From positions 21,144,001 through 21,208,000 of the forward strand of contig NW_024704743.1 of the NCBI RefSeq assembly GCF_018977255.1: 64,000 nt of DNA. Direction: 5' to 3'. The first letter of the stretch is position 1. Each line of letters begins with the position of its first letter. The notes under the pieces were generated by a model. The model saw nothing but the letters and a program-made list of their open reading frames with translations. It searched no databases and was not told the origin of the DNA. This DNA comes from Callorhinchus milii (lineage: Eukaryota). The translations under genes and the position numbers were made by a program. Below, piece by piece: positions 49,395 to 61,105 of the stretch.

Positions 49395-50332
49395 ATTTCA
49401 AAATTTTCAGACGGCACCAAATTGGGGGTAGTAGTTAATATAGAGGAGGACTGCAACAAATTACAGCAAGACATTAATAAACTTGCTGAGTGGGCATTTA
49501 AATGGCAAATGCATTTCAATGTAGAAAAGTGTGAGGTGGAACATTTTGGTAGAAGGAATAAGGAAGTCACATACATCCTGCAAAATAATACCTAAATGGG
49601 ATAGCGGAGCAAAGGGACCTAGGGGTACACATACACAATTCACTAAAAGTAGCACCACAGGTTAATAAGACCATAAAGAAGGCAAACCAGGCATTGGGGT
49701 TCATTTCTAGAGGGATAGAAATGAAAAGCAGGGAAGTTATGGTAAACTGCTATAGAACCTTTGGTTAGACCACACTTAGAATACTGTGTGCAGTTCTGGT
49801 CCCCACATTATAGAAGGGATGTAGAGGCACTGGAGAAGGTGCAAAGGAGATTCACAAGGATGATCCCAAAACTGAGAGGTTATACCTATCAGGAAAGGCT
49901 GAACATACTTGGACTCTTCTCTTGAAAAGAGGAGGGTAAGGGGTGACCTGATACAGGTCTTTAAAATGATGAAAGGTTTTGATAGAGTAGACATAGGGAA
50001 GATGTTTCCACTTATGGGGGAGACCAAAACCAGGGGCCATCAATATAAAATAGCCACAAATAGATCAAATAGGGAAGTTAGAAGAGATTTCTTCACACAG
50101 TAAGTAGTGGGAATGTGGAACATGCTACCACAAGGAATTGTTGTGGCAAATAGCTTAGATGTATTTAAGGGAAAGGTACATGAGGGAGAAAGGAATAGAA
50201 GGTTATGCTTGAAGGCTTAGTTGAGGAAGGGCAGGAGGAGGCTTGTGTGGAGCATAAACACCGGCATAGACCAGTTGGGCCGAATGGCCTGTTTCTGTGC
50301 TGTATATTCTAATGTATTCTAACATATTCTAT
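49395..50332 (+). mobile_element. CR1 LINE 3' ~0.94 kb (RT C-terminus and 3' UTR)
   Basis: ISKFSDGTKLG...LQQDINKLAEWAFKWQMHFNVEKC, RPHLEYCVQFWSP, SLEKRRVRGDLIQVFK; tail gggccgaatggcctgtttctgtgctgtatattcta. Confidence 0.92.
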
Positions 50333-50661
50333 TTGAATAATAACATGGTTTTATGGTTCTCTACCATCCCCCTGAAATGACAAATGGAACATCGGGTTAG
50401 TATCTCATCCGAAGGATGGAACCGGAATGCTGGATTGAACCTGGATACATCTTGATATGTTTATTTTTAAGTGCAAGTTGTTGTATTATTACTACAGGTT
50501 CAAGTCAGACATTCACTGCTGAGACATCTGTTAGGTGCCCCTTATTAGCAGGTGGTCTTTTAGAGTACTGTACTGTTAAAGAGACTATTGAGTAAGGGCT
50601 ACAGCATTGCACAAAGCATGAGTTGCATTGATGGTAAATGTTATTTGAGTTTCACCAGTTT

Positions 50662-50983
50662 TAATAATGATAATAATAATAATCCTTGCATTTGATACAG
50701 CGCTTTTCACGTCGGGAGGACGTCCCAAAGCGCTTCACAGAACACACTGTAAAGTGAATTGACTGTATATTTGTGGGTGAACGCGGCAGCCAATTGCATA
50801 CAGCAGTGCCCACAAACAGTCGAAGATTGAAAATGACCAATTTATTATTGTTTTTGGTTTTGGAGGGATTATTATTAGGCGTGTGGAGTAAGGAAACTTG
50901 CCCAAGGTTTCGCCCTGCCTGGAATTGAACTCAGGTCTCTCGCTTGCAAAGCGAGTGCTCTAACCACTGAGCTACAGGACTCC
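50662..50983 (-). mobile_element. Young tRNA SINE short variant
   Basis: Full length; nearly identical to 4738-5062. Confidence 0.92.
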
Positions 50984-51120
50984 ACTACAGCTTTCTTCCC
51001 CTCCTCCTCTTCCTCCTCTCAAAGGCACCAATTCATTTTTGCTTCTAGGGTAAGATTACACAGGCAGTGCTGGACTCTGCTACCTTTTACAAGTACTCAT
51101 TATTCATTATTCATGTAAGA

Positions 51121-51377
51121 TAGGGTGACCAAATGTCTCAAATTTCTGGAGACAGTCCCCGGATGAGGTACTGTGTCCCTGGGGCCAAATTTCCACTGAC
51201 TTGAGTTCAGCAAGAAACCGAGCAAGAACAGTAACATTCTAAAACAGATGCACCCATCAGAGAATACAGCCATTAATCCACAAGACTTTCCAGTACTGCC
51301 AGCATTAGGAATTATGGTGAGTTCAACATTTTTATATACACGTCCCTGGATTTGGTTTACAAAGTATGACCTCCCTA
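51121..51377. mobile_element. hAT Blackjack-like MITE, 257 bp
   Basis: Left end TAGGGTGACCA, degenerate right end TGACCTCCCTA, 8-bp TSD atgtaaga/atgtatga. Confidence 0.7.
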
Positions 51378-51530
51378 ATGTATGAGCCTTGAGCACAAAT
51401 TCTGATTGATTATTTGACTGACTACAGGGGCATCACTACCAAGCCTGATCTGGTCCTCGCCCTCATCTGCATCTTTTGACAAGGGTCTCTAGACAGTGAT
51501 TTGAGATTGGGATCTCAGGTTGATTTCCCT

Positions 51531-51856
51531 TTATAATAATAATAATCCTTGCATTTTGATATAACGCTTTTCACGTCGGGAGGACGTCCCAAAGCGCTTC
51601 ACAGAACACACTGTAAAGTGAATTGACTGTATATTTGTGGACGAACGTGGCAGCCAATTGCGTACAGCAATGTCCCACAAACAGTCGTAGATTAAAAATG
51701 ACCAATTTATTATTGGTTTTGGTTTTGGAGGGATTATTATTATCAGGCGTGTGGAGTAAGGAAACTTGCCCAAGGTTTCGCCCTGACCTGCCTGGAATTG
51801 AACTCAGGTCTCTCGCTTGCAAAGCGAGTGATCTAACCACTGAGCTACAGGACTCC
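51531..51856 (-). mobile_element. Young tRNA SINE short variant
   Basis: Full length; shares the 5-bp insertion (ccctGACCTgcctgg) with 4738-5062. Confidence 0.92.
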
Positions 51857-52027
51857 ACTTTCCTAACCCAGGGGCACTGCAGTCATTATCATGTCCTGGA
51901 TGTAAACAGCTGTAAAGCTGTATTGCCTTATGCTATCTTTACTCACGGGGTGTTATTTGAAGCTGTTTGAAGTAAAAATCTGTTATGTTTCATGAAAATA
52001 TAGAGCTAGCCTAGGGCATGCTAGGGT

Positions 52028-52435
52028 GATAATAATAATTCTTCCATCTGATATAGCACCTTTCATGTCATCAAAATCCACAGGATTTACAGTAAAGTAG
52101 AGTGACTGAGTATTTGGTGGGTGACCATGGCAGCTAATTTGCACACAGCAATAATCACAAACAACCCTGAAGTGAAAGACTAATTTTATTTAGAGCAATT
52201 TTGGCTAGGATACCAGGAGGACGCTCCATTCTCTTTTTGAATAGCACCATGGATCTTTAACATCCACCAGTTCAAGCAGCAGGACCTTGGTTTAATGTCT
52301 CATTCAAAGGATGGTACCTCTGGAATATGTATTGGAGTGTCAGCTTACCTTAGACTATGTGAGTTCAAAGTCTTGAAGTGGGGCTGAAACCCACAACCTT
52401 CTGACTCTGAGGTGAGAGTGTCACCAATTGAACCA
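52028..52435 (-). mobile_element. Full-length SacSINE1-like Deu SINE
   Basis: Tail, Deu core and head cccacaaccttctgactctgaggtgagagtg. Confidence 0.8.
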
Positions 52436-52818
52436 GGTGGGCAAAGATGCAAATAGTGCCTGTTATTTCAGTTCTCAGCTCTCCCATCAAATGGAGATGC
52501 AGAGTGAGAGTCAAATGGTTTGCTCAGATGGACCAAAACATTTCTTGGTTGTGGATCGTGCACATCTAGGAGGAGGCAGGTGGTCAACAACAACAACTTA
52601 CATTTATATAGTTCCTTTCACTTCAGGAAGATGTCCCAAGGCGCTGGACAGTCATGGATCCGCAGTCTTAGAGTATAATGCACAGAGTTCAATTTGTCCT
52701 GTTTGGATAAATCAAATAGAGGGGCTTGAGTGCATTTAAAAATGTGTTTGGGGTGAAAGAAACATAATTGGGTATTATTTTAACCTTTTTGTAATGCGTT
52801 TTCTCCTAATGTTTCCAG

Positions 52819-53102
52819 ATCAAGGGAAATCGAATTTGCGGGTGACTTCATCCGAGGATGCTGATCGCATCAAAGCAAAAGAAAACCTTGCGAATGGGAA
52901 TAATCGCACTGCAAATACAAAGGTTGCTCGAAACATCCCCCGAAGGCACACAGTAGGTGGCGCTCGCAGTTCCAAAGAAGCGCTGGGGATGCAGCCGTCA
53001 GAAATGGAAAGAAAACGAGAGGCATTTCTAGAGCATCTGAAGCAGAAGTATCCGCACCATGCAACCGCTATCATGGGGCAACAGGAGCGCCTGAAAGAGC
53101 AG
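52819..53102 (+). CDS. KIAA1217: KIAA1217 / sickle tail homolog, coding exon 2 (284 nt)
   Basis: (D)QGKSNLRVTSSEDADRIKAKENLANGNNRTANTKVARNIPRRHTVGGARSSKEALGMQPSEMERKREAFLEHLKQKYPHHATAIMGQQERLKEQ closely matches human KIAA1217 (RNIPRRHTLGGPRSSKEILGMQTSEMDRKREAFLEHLKQKYPHHASAIMGHQERLRDQ). Acceptor ctaatgtttccag|, donor CAG|gtacaa. The N-terminal part fits KIAA1217 rather than the paralog SRCIN1. Confidence 0.95.
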
Positions 53103-53932
53103 GTACAAGAGAACAGAATAATAAACCTCATTATATATATGCATTGGAGACTGTTGTGTCTAGTACAATACTACAGGCCTCGCAGCAAACAAAGTCTAAG
53201 ATTGTTGCTGAGACTTGGAAATCCAACACTTTGCAATATACAATAGCCAGAGTGAATGAGGCAGGGGCAGCCTTCATCCTTTATCTTTTTATTGAGTTAA
53301 TGAATTCCACATACACCAATTGATAGGCTGGTTGACTTTATTATTACCAATAACTTCAAAGGTTATTTTCCATTGCAGTTAGGGTCAAAAATCTGTGTAG
53401 TCTGTTCACGTTTATATTAAAAACTCATTTCAGCAGTAAGTGAGCCAGTTTCATCTGAGTCAATTTTAGAAAACGTAGAATGGTTCTGTTCATGTCGGCT
53501 CAGTGTTTGGAGCATCTAGGAGTGAAGCAGTTGAAAACCCGGTTAATATTCAAGGCAGAGTAAATGGCATCCTGGAGTCTTCACCAAAACACAGCTGACC
53601 AATAGCACCTTGTAGTGGTCTCAACTGTGCACCTGCTCAAAGCTGCTAAGTCTACAAGTATGCCAGGGGTGCTAGGCACAGTCTGAACCACCTTTATAGA
53701 TGTTAGTAGATGCAACAATCACTGTTTCCTCTTATAATAGATATTGATAATACAAAATGCCATAGTTTTTATTCTTTCATTTCAAGGTTAAGATTTTCTT
53801 TATTATTCCCCATCCCTATCGATCATCCTGATATTTCCCCACTTCTGTGAACACCATGCCAGGACAACTGTTATTCTGTTGGCTCTCCATTCATTCCACT
53901 CCAATTCTACATATAGCTGATGTGGGCAACTA

Positions 53933-54031
53933 CAGGGTGACCAAAAGGCATTACAATGTCAAATAAGTCTTAAAGAAATTATGATTTTTTTTAGATAATA
54001 GGGTAGATATCATGACTTTTTGGTCACCCTG
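53933..54031. mobile_element. Tc1/mariner-type MITE, 99 bp
   Basis: 14-bp perfect TIR CAGGGTGACCAAAA / TTTTGGTCACCCTG flanked by TA on both sides. Confidence 0.8.
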
Positions 54032-54104
54032 TATGTACAGTATTGGATAGTTTAAAGATTCAGTATTTTCAAGTATTGAAGTACAGTCATGTTAGTAACT
54101 GCTC

Positions 54105-54495
54105 GCTCCTCCGCAGAGTTTACTAGATATATGCCTAGACTCAAGGGGCTTAGCTATGAGGAGAAGCTGGGTAGACTGGGGGTATATTCCTTGGAGCAGG
54201 GGAGGTTATGGAGTGATTTGATTGAGAGATTTAGGATCATGAAAGAATTAACAGGTTAGGTAGTGGATGACTTCTCTTTGGTAAAGGGATACATTGTTTT
54301 GGATTGTTTTGACTCAGAATACTGTAGAGGTGAAATTATTTGGGATAATGGAGAGATTGATATACACTTGTGTAACAGAAATATTAAGGGATAAAAAGAC
54401 AGGCAGGTGGTAAAAGATCTGCCAAGTATAATAAACTAGTGGAATGGGCTTAATCGGCTGAATGGCCTCTTGTACTCGTTTGCTATATTCTTTAA
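54105..54495 (+). mobile_element. CR1 3' fragment, degenerate
   Basis: ttagctatgaggagaagctgggtagactgggg...tccttggagcaggggaggttatggagtgatttgattgag...ggctgaatggcct. Confidence 0.75.
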
Positions 54496-55524
54496 TGTTT
54501 AATTCAGTGAATTAATACTGCGCTCTGATGACAATTTGCAGCATTTCACAAATGTACAGTTGCAAAGACACAAACACCACAAGTCGGTACATGCTGTTTG
54601 ACTTGAAAGAACGTTTTGCAATTTGATACAGTAAGTTAAGCAATCACCAACACACCATGTGCTGTAAAAAGAAAAGCCTGTTGCATGTGTCAGTCTTTAG
54701 AGCTGCGCTGTAGACATTCACAACTGAAGCAGTGCAGATTTTCACGTATAGTGATCCTTCAAGCAATACTATAATTAGTTTGAATCTTAAGAGTGTTAAA
54801 AATAAAATAACATCGGGCAATACAGGAGACAGAAACTACAAGCAGCAACTCAGGAGAGAAACAGACGCACTGGGGAATGCAAGAAACACTGGAAACCTGT
54901 TTTGCCTTGAGGCGCTGATCAAGTGGGAGTTGCAGAATTGAAAAGTAAGCTTGTATCTTCACTTTCTGTTGGGGCTGTCTGAAGCAGTCCCCCTTTGGCC
55001 AAATCTGCCTCTTTTCTAAATTTTCCTTTTTCAGATAAAAATGCCTTTTTTGTCTTGCTTAAAATCGGGAAACTCTTTAAATAAAAAAAGATTTTAAAAG
55101 AAAGTCGAGGAGAAAAAGTAAATCAATACATGGGGGTTTTCAGGATCAACCAGATTTCTCATTATAAATAGGGCGTGAGTCAACAGGGAGTAACCTTCCA
55201 AAACAATTCTGACAATGGTCATGGCACATCAGTGCATTCATTGCAGATAAATGATAAACGCTTGGTGTGAGATCCTGAACCTTGCAGACAAATTTTTCTC
55301 TACAGCCTTGCCCCGCTGTATTTTTGTGATCTCCTGCAACTCTACTCGCCCCGGCCAACTACTTTGCTTCATACTCCCTGCCTGCCCCACCCCACCAAAT
55401 CCATACCAAATATCTTTGAGGTGCTCTCCCTCCATGAATAACTGTATAAAAATCTCTTATCTTTGTGTCCCATGCCCATGTTTAGCAGCTACCTACCTGT
55501 CTTTGCATTCTGTATATGTGCCAG

Positions 55525-56283
55525 CCTGGCTCAATTGGTAGCATTCTTGCCTCTGAGGCTGAAGGTTGTGGGTTCAAGCTCCATATCACGACTTTGAAGT
55601 TGTTTAGTCTAGGCTGTCATTCCAGTTAGATGCAGTCCTTCAGACGAGACATAAAGTCAAAATCCCATGGTTTTACCCCATCCTATCTCTGCAACCTTTA
55701 CAAACCCAACAAACCTGCCCGCTCCCTTGGTTCAGTGTGCACCAACTTCACGGCCCCCACCCTAGTCGCCCCACCATCAGCAATCGGGATTTCAGTCTAT
55801 CTACCCCACTTTCTGGAACTTCATTCAGGAGTCTTTACCACTCACCGCTTCCCTTACCTCCTTAAAGGTCCACTTCAAGACCCTCCTGCTTGACTGAACC
55901 TTCAGTCATCTTTCCCAACCCCCCACCCAGCTCAAGTGAAAACCCTGGACTGTCCAGCACCTTGGTGTACCCTCCCAATCTGAAAGTGGGTTTAAGTATA
56001 AATGTACATTTTTTTGTTGGTGGATGTTCTCTCGTGTGCCTGTTCAGGTGGATGTTAAATGCCTTCTTAAAGAGAAGTCAGCTTCCTCCATGTATCCTGG
56101 TGAAATTGCCCAAAATAAAATTGCTCTTTCACTTCTTGTCTGTTTGTGGGACATGGTTGCCAATTGGCGGTTGCATGTGCCTATAAAATATGCAGTCATT
56201 GCACTTTACAGTAAATCCTATGAAGCACTCTGAGATGTCCGCCTGATGTGGAGGATATATCAAATGTTAAGATTATTATTATT
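55525..56283 (+). mobile_element. SacSINE1-like SINE split by an L2 fragment (~55665-56020)
   Basis: Head and first part of Deu at 55525-55660, then the L2 3' end, then Deu resumes at gcctgttcaggtggatgttaaa. Confidence 0.75.
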
Positions 56284-57289
56284 GTAACAAAATGGAAGGG
56301 ATACTAGCTTGAAAAGTGTATAAAGTATTGACCTTTGATTCTAGCCTTTGCACTGCTTTGTTTTCTTAGTGAATATTCAAATAAAATTTCAGAGGCAGTT
56401 CAAAATAGAATAAAGAACATCACATGGCTATCTTGCACATATAATGTCATGCAACAACTTTGAAATCCCGCTCCACCCTAGTGCTGAAAATACATTCCCT
56501 AACCTCTGCTCTATTTTAGCAGAAACCATTGGGTTGTCACTTTGAAATAACTTGAGAAAAGAATTCTACTTTTAGAGTTTGTTGCATATTTGGAGCTTCC
56601 AGTTTTTTTTTGTTTTTTTTGGCTGATCCTGGAGGGACCTGCTGAAAGCCTGAGTCGGCTGAGCAAAGATAAGTTGGGTGTTAACAAACGCATTTGCACA
56701 CAATCCTTCTCCATTGGAATTCTTCAAGGTGACAGGAGATTATTTTCACACAAAACAGGCAATCATTTTACTGAGGTTTGGCATTGAGGTGTTGACTCCC
56801 CCAAAGATTGATAAATTTATTGATAAATAAAAGAATTACTGCCCAGGTCTGTTGGGCAGGAGGGGTAACTAAGGTCGAAAGCGCTAAAGTAAACTTACAA
56901 GCTCAGTGTGCAAGTAGGAGTCATTTGCTGCTGTTCAATATTAATGCTATAATCTCTCCCAGTTACCTGACATTGTCGATGGAATTTTTATTTTTATTTG
57001 TAATATTTGGTTTTGTAATGAAAAAAGGAGAAAAGTCCATTAGTTGATCCAACAACAATTTGCATTCACATTGTGCCCTTCACGCAGAGTACTTGATTCA
57101 TTCAAAAATTAGTTGGTTCACAACGCACAATGTTGTGATATCTAGTAGAACAGGCTTGATGGGCTGAATGGCCTCCTCCTGTTCCTCTTTTCCTGTGATG
57201 CAGTATCGAGCATGGTTGAAGGGTAATGAAGTAAGCACTCAGTGGTTTACTTTAAGGGCTGTATTTAAAACGATTGGCAGTTTCCAGCT

Positions 57290-58100
57290 GTTTGGTTGGG
57301 AACTCCCTGTTCTCTGGACTTCCTAACTCTTCACTCCTTCATCTGCAGATTATTCAGAACTCTGCAACTGGTGTCCTCTCCCACACTAAACTCCAGCTGA
57401 TCACCCCCATCCTCGCCCGGTTTCACCGGCTCCCTATCCCCCAGAGGATTGAGTTCAAGATCCTCATCCTCACCTTTTAAAGCCCTCCATGGTCTTGCTC
57501 CTCCCTACTCCTGAGATCTAGTAAAACTTTACCAACCTGTCCGCCCCCTCCGCTTGGCAGGCACTGGTCTGCTTTATGTTCCCCGCCCTGCCCGCCCCAC
57601 CATCGGAGCTCGGGGCTTTAGTCTTTCTGCTCCCACCCTCTAGAACTATCCCGGAACCCCTTTGCCACTCGCCCTCCCTTGCCTCCTTCAAGGCCCGTAC
57701 GCAATTGGCTGCCGAGTTTCAGTCAATTGTGCATGGGCAATTGGCTGAAATTGCCTGTGTGCAATTGGCTGAAAATATACAGTCAATCCACTTTACAGTA
57801 TATTCTGTGAAGCACTTTGAGACATCTTAGCAGTGCACTTTGAGACATCTTGGCACTATATCAAATATAAGGATTATTATTATCAAGATCTTCCTCTTTG
57901 ACCGTGCCTTCGGTCATCTTCCATCTTCCCACCTCCTTGCCCTCCACCCCTCTTGACTCCAGCCCCCAGCTCAGGTGCAGACACTTCACTGGGACATCGA
58001 TTTATCGTGGAAGGCGCTATATAAATGCAATTTGTTGTTGTTATAGCAGCTCTGGGGTGCTGCCCTGGTGAGGGGCGCTATGTAAGTGCAGTTGTTGTTG
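57290..58100 (+). mobile_element. L2 3' fragment split by a SINE tail (57695-57883)
   Basis: GLPNSSLLHLQIIQNSA...HRLPIPQRIEFKILILTF; L2 resumes at tcctctttgaccgtgccttcggtcatc. Confidence 0.8.
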
Positions 58101-58323
58101 AAGTTAAGAAAAGGCTCTGTTGGATGGATAGGGTCCAATAAAGTGATCAAATAATAAATCTTCAGATAGAGAAATGGAGCATGTTTGGGCAACAAAAGGG
58201 AAATATGAGGGATAGCTGGGAGACTGACCAATATTTGGGAGGCAGATAGGTAGGAAGGTGAGAGAGAAAAATAGACTATAAGGATCAATGGTTATGACCT
58301 GGGGAGTGAGTACTAAGTGTGGC

Positions 58324-58355
<32 letters not shown>

Positions 58356-58357
58356 AG
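58324..58357. repeat. (TA)n(TG)n microsatellite
   Basis: Read directly from the sequence. Confidence 0.95.
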
Positions 58358-58794
58358 AGTCTTCTACATCAGCCCAAAGCAATGAGACAGCTAAAGATTT
58401 TTTTATCGGATCTTTTACACTGTATGCCAAAATAACCAGCATCAGGTTGAGAAAATATATTTCTGCTTCATACAGTATCTGCTGAGTGTTGACACTGCCT
58501 CACCACTGATTAATCTTACCTTGAGATACCGACTTAGTTTTTGAATGAACTGATTTCTAGCTGGAGTGAATTTTTTTCACTCTTGAGTTGTTTGGATTTG
58601 AGATGCCATGCCAAATAAGGTGTTAGAGGCACAGTCCATTGTTGATTTCAAGAAGGAGGTAGATAGGTATATGAAGGATAGAGGCTTGAATGAGTATGGG
58701 AATAAATTGGGGCACTGCAATTGAATGAATAGTTTGCTCTGAGAGCTGGTCTATATATCGGGAGATGGGGAGACAATGGACCTGGGTGAGGATC

Positions 58795-59103
58795 ATAATA
58801 ATAATAATCCTTGCATTTGATAAAGCGCCTTAACACATCTTCGAGATGTCTCAAAGTGCTTCACAGAATATACTGTAAGGTGACTTGACTGTATATTTTG
58901 TGGGCGAACTGTGGCAGCCAATTGCGCCACAAACAGTTGTGGATTGAATGACCAAATAATTTTATTATTATTACCCCTGGAGAAGCGACCCACCAGTCGA
59001 CTAATAACCCAGTTCTTGACTTACTGCTGGTAAACAGAGGGATGTAGAGTAAGAAAACTTGCCTAATGTTTTGCAAACCCAGGTCCTCTTGCTTGCTCTA
59101 ACC
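58795..59103 (-). mobile_element. tRNA SINE long variant; head interrupted by the hAT and continuing at 61106-61130
   Basis: ...gctctaacc|hAT|ctctaaccagtgagctac reconstitutes the A-box region. Confidence 0.85.
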
Positions 59104-61105
59104 CAGGGGTGGGCAATTATTTGGGCTGGCGGGCCACTTCACAAGTTTTGGTAAGCTTCACGGGCCACACACTTAATATAGATGCAAATGCTTAATAATA
59201 GATCAAAATCAAGTCTTACACTTGTACATGTATAAAATAAAGTTTATATAATTGACATTCATTAAAATTAGGTTAAATAAAAACAACTCATTGAGCAGAC
59301 ATTTATTTGATATTTATTCACATACTGATGAGAATGTGAGAAGCTCACTCAATGGGAAGAATGAAAGCGCTCACCAAACAATTGAAGTCAGGCATTGACT
59401 CCGTTGTTGCAATGCGGAGTACTGCTGCAAGGTGGTCATCAGTCATCACAGGTCTATGTTTTGATTTATTGAATTTCATCACAGAACATGTCTCCTTGCA
59501 TATGTATGTTGATCCAAACAGCACAAGCATCCTCCAGGCATGAGCCTTTATTTTTGGAAAGGTATATTCATTAAGAGAGGTGTAAAAACTGTGAAGAGGC
59601 ACTGATTTGAATTGCTCCGCAAGCAATGGATCACATTGCAGGTCAATAAGCTCGAGTTGGAGGTCAAATGGGGCTTTGTCAACATCAAATGAAAAAGGTG
59701 AAGAGACCAAAGACAAGTCATTTTCGATCAAATTGAAATCCTGGAATTGGCGAGAAAATCCAGCATGCAAGTCAAGTAGTGACGAAGTATACATTTTACG
59801 GCTTTGATCGCAAACAGTAATCTGCTGCAAAGTTGGAAAGTGGGCGTACAGCCTGTTTCCTATCTGACGCGATAAAAGAACTAATTTCATCATAAATGAC
59901 TTGACACTGCAATACAAATTGTGCACAAAGGCCCTCTTCCGTTGCAGTTTTGAATTCAGTTCATTCATGCGGCCCATGATATCAATGGCAAATACAAAAT
60001 CAGGGAGCCAATACAAATATTCAGCTGTGGGAAATCCGAATCTTTTATCTCATGTCCAAAAATAAATCAATCTCTGTTCTCAGTTCATGCACTCTTTTCA
60101 AGACCTTTCTTAAACTAAGCCATCTTACATTTGTGTGATACAGAACATCCGTGCGCTCGGATTCCAATTCCTCAAGCAGAGTTACAAATTGTCTATGGTT
60201 TAATCCTCTTGCTTGAACGTAGGTGACTACTTTCGTCCACGACATTGCTTAGTTTTAGAATACTCTTACAGAAGACCTCTTGGTGGATAATACAGTGTAG
60301 AAAAAACAATATTCTGTTCTGGATTTGTTTCTTTGACTTGATCTTAAATTTTTTTCAGTAACCCAACATTTTTGCCTGTCAGATTTTGGCTTCCATCGGT
60401 GGTCACATTCACTAATTTTTTCCATACCACTCCTAATTTTAAGATAGACTTATTTACTGCCTCCAAAAAGTCCTCTCCAATTGTGGTATCTTTCATTGAC
60501 TGCATTGATGCCAATTCTTCTATGAGCTCAAAATATTTGGTGATACCTCGAATACAATGATCAACTGGGCTGTGTCTTTGACATCACAACTCTTGAGTGC
60601 AAGTGAAAAACAGACAAAATTGCTTACTTTGCAACTGCACATTCATTTTATTTTCTTTCTTTATTTTATTTTTTAATTTATTTTAATTTTATTTTATTTA
60701 TTTTATTTGTTTTATTTTCCACCCACACCGGTAAAAAAAAATTTAGAAGTCCATTCTTTGTTGAATATTCGGCCTTCAGCATCCACTTTCCGCTTCTTTG
60801 ATAAACTCAATTCGAACTAATGTCCTCTTCAGTGAAAAGTATTGCCGCGGTTGCCATGGGCGTATTTGAAAATTTGCCGATCCATACATTTCTGACGTCA
60901 GCCTGATTCAACACTTAAGGGAGCGTGCGCACAACTAAGCAGTGTGATTGGCTGACATTCCCAATCAGATTCAAATGCGAAATTTGTACGACTTTCTGGG
61001 ACTGAACAAACTATAATTTTTTCTATTGCTAGACACAGTGATGGGTCGGATAGAATCATTTGGCGGGCCAGATATAGCCCGCGGGCCGTCTTTTGCCCAC
61101 CCCTG
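59104..61105 (-). mobile_element. hAT DNA transposon (Buster/Charlie group), 2002 bp, internally deleted
   Basis: 13-bp perfect TIR CAGGGGTGGGCAA, perfect 8-bp TSD ctctaacc (59096-59103 and 61106-61113) with a central TA, and a transposase remnant. Confidence 0.93.
59345..60625 (-). pseudogene. GTF2IRD2-like hAT transposase pseudogene
   Basis: Motifs FSLALKSCDVKDTAQL, VTTDGSQNLTG, HCIIHQE, LNHRQF, VRWLS, LQLELIDLQCD, FGSTYICKETCSVMK; frameshifts; N-terminus missing. Confidence 0.9.

Larger units (their letters stand above)
50990..51890 (-). mobile_element. AmnSINE2-like SINE split by a MITE and a young SINE
   Basis: Collinear pieces at 50990-51120, 51378-51530 and 51857-51890. Confidence 0.55.

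Noticed and set aside
50911..50983. tRNA-Ala(TGC)-like cloverleaf (also at 4990-5062, 17863-17930 and 51780-51856)
   Set aside because: The D and anticodon arms fold, but the T arm is bulged and the sequence runs straight into SINE body and tail in many copies. These are SINE heads, not tRNA genes.
52794..53246. 150-aa ORF as a single-exon gene
   Set aside because: Only 52819-53102 matches KIAA1217 and it is bounded by splice sites; the flanking residues are intron read-through.
59345..60245. Domesticated GTF2IRD2/ZBED-like gene
   Set aside because: It lies between TIRs with a TSD, is frameshifted, and lacks its N-terminus and catalytic residues.
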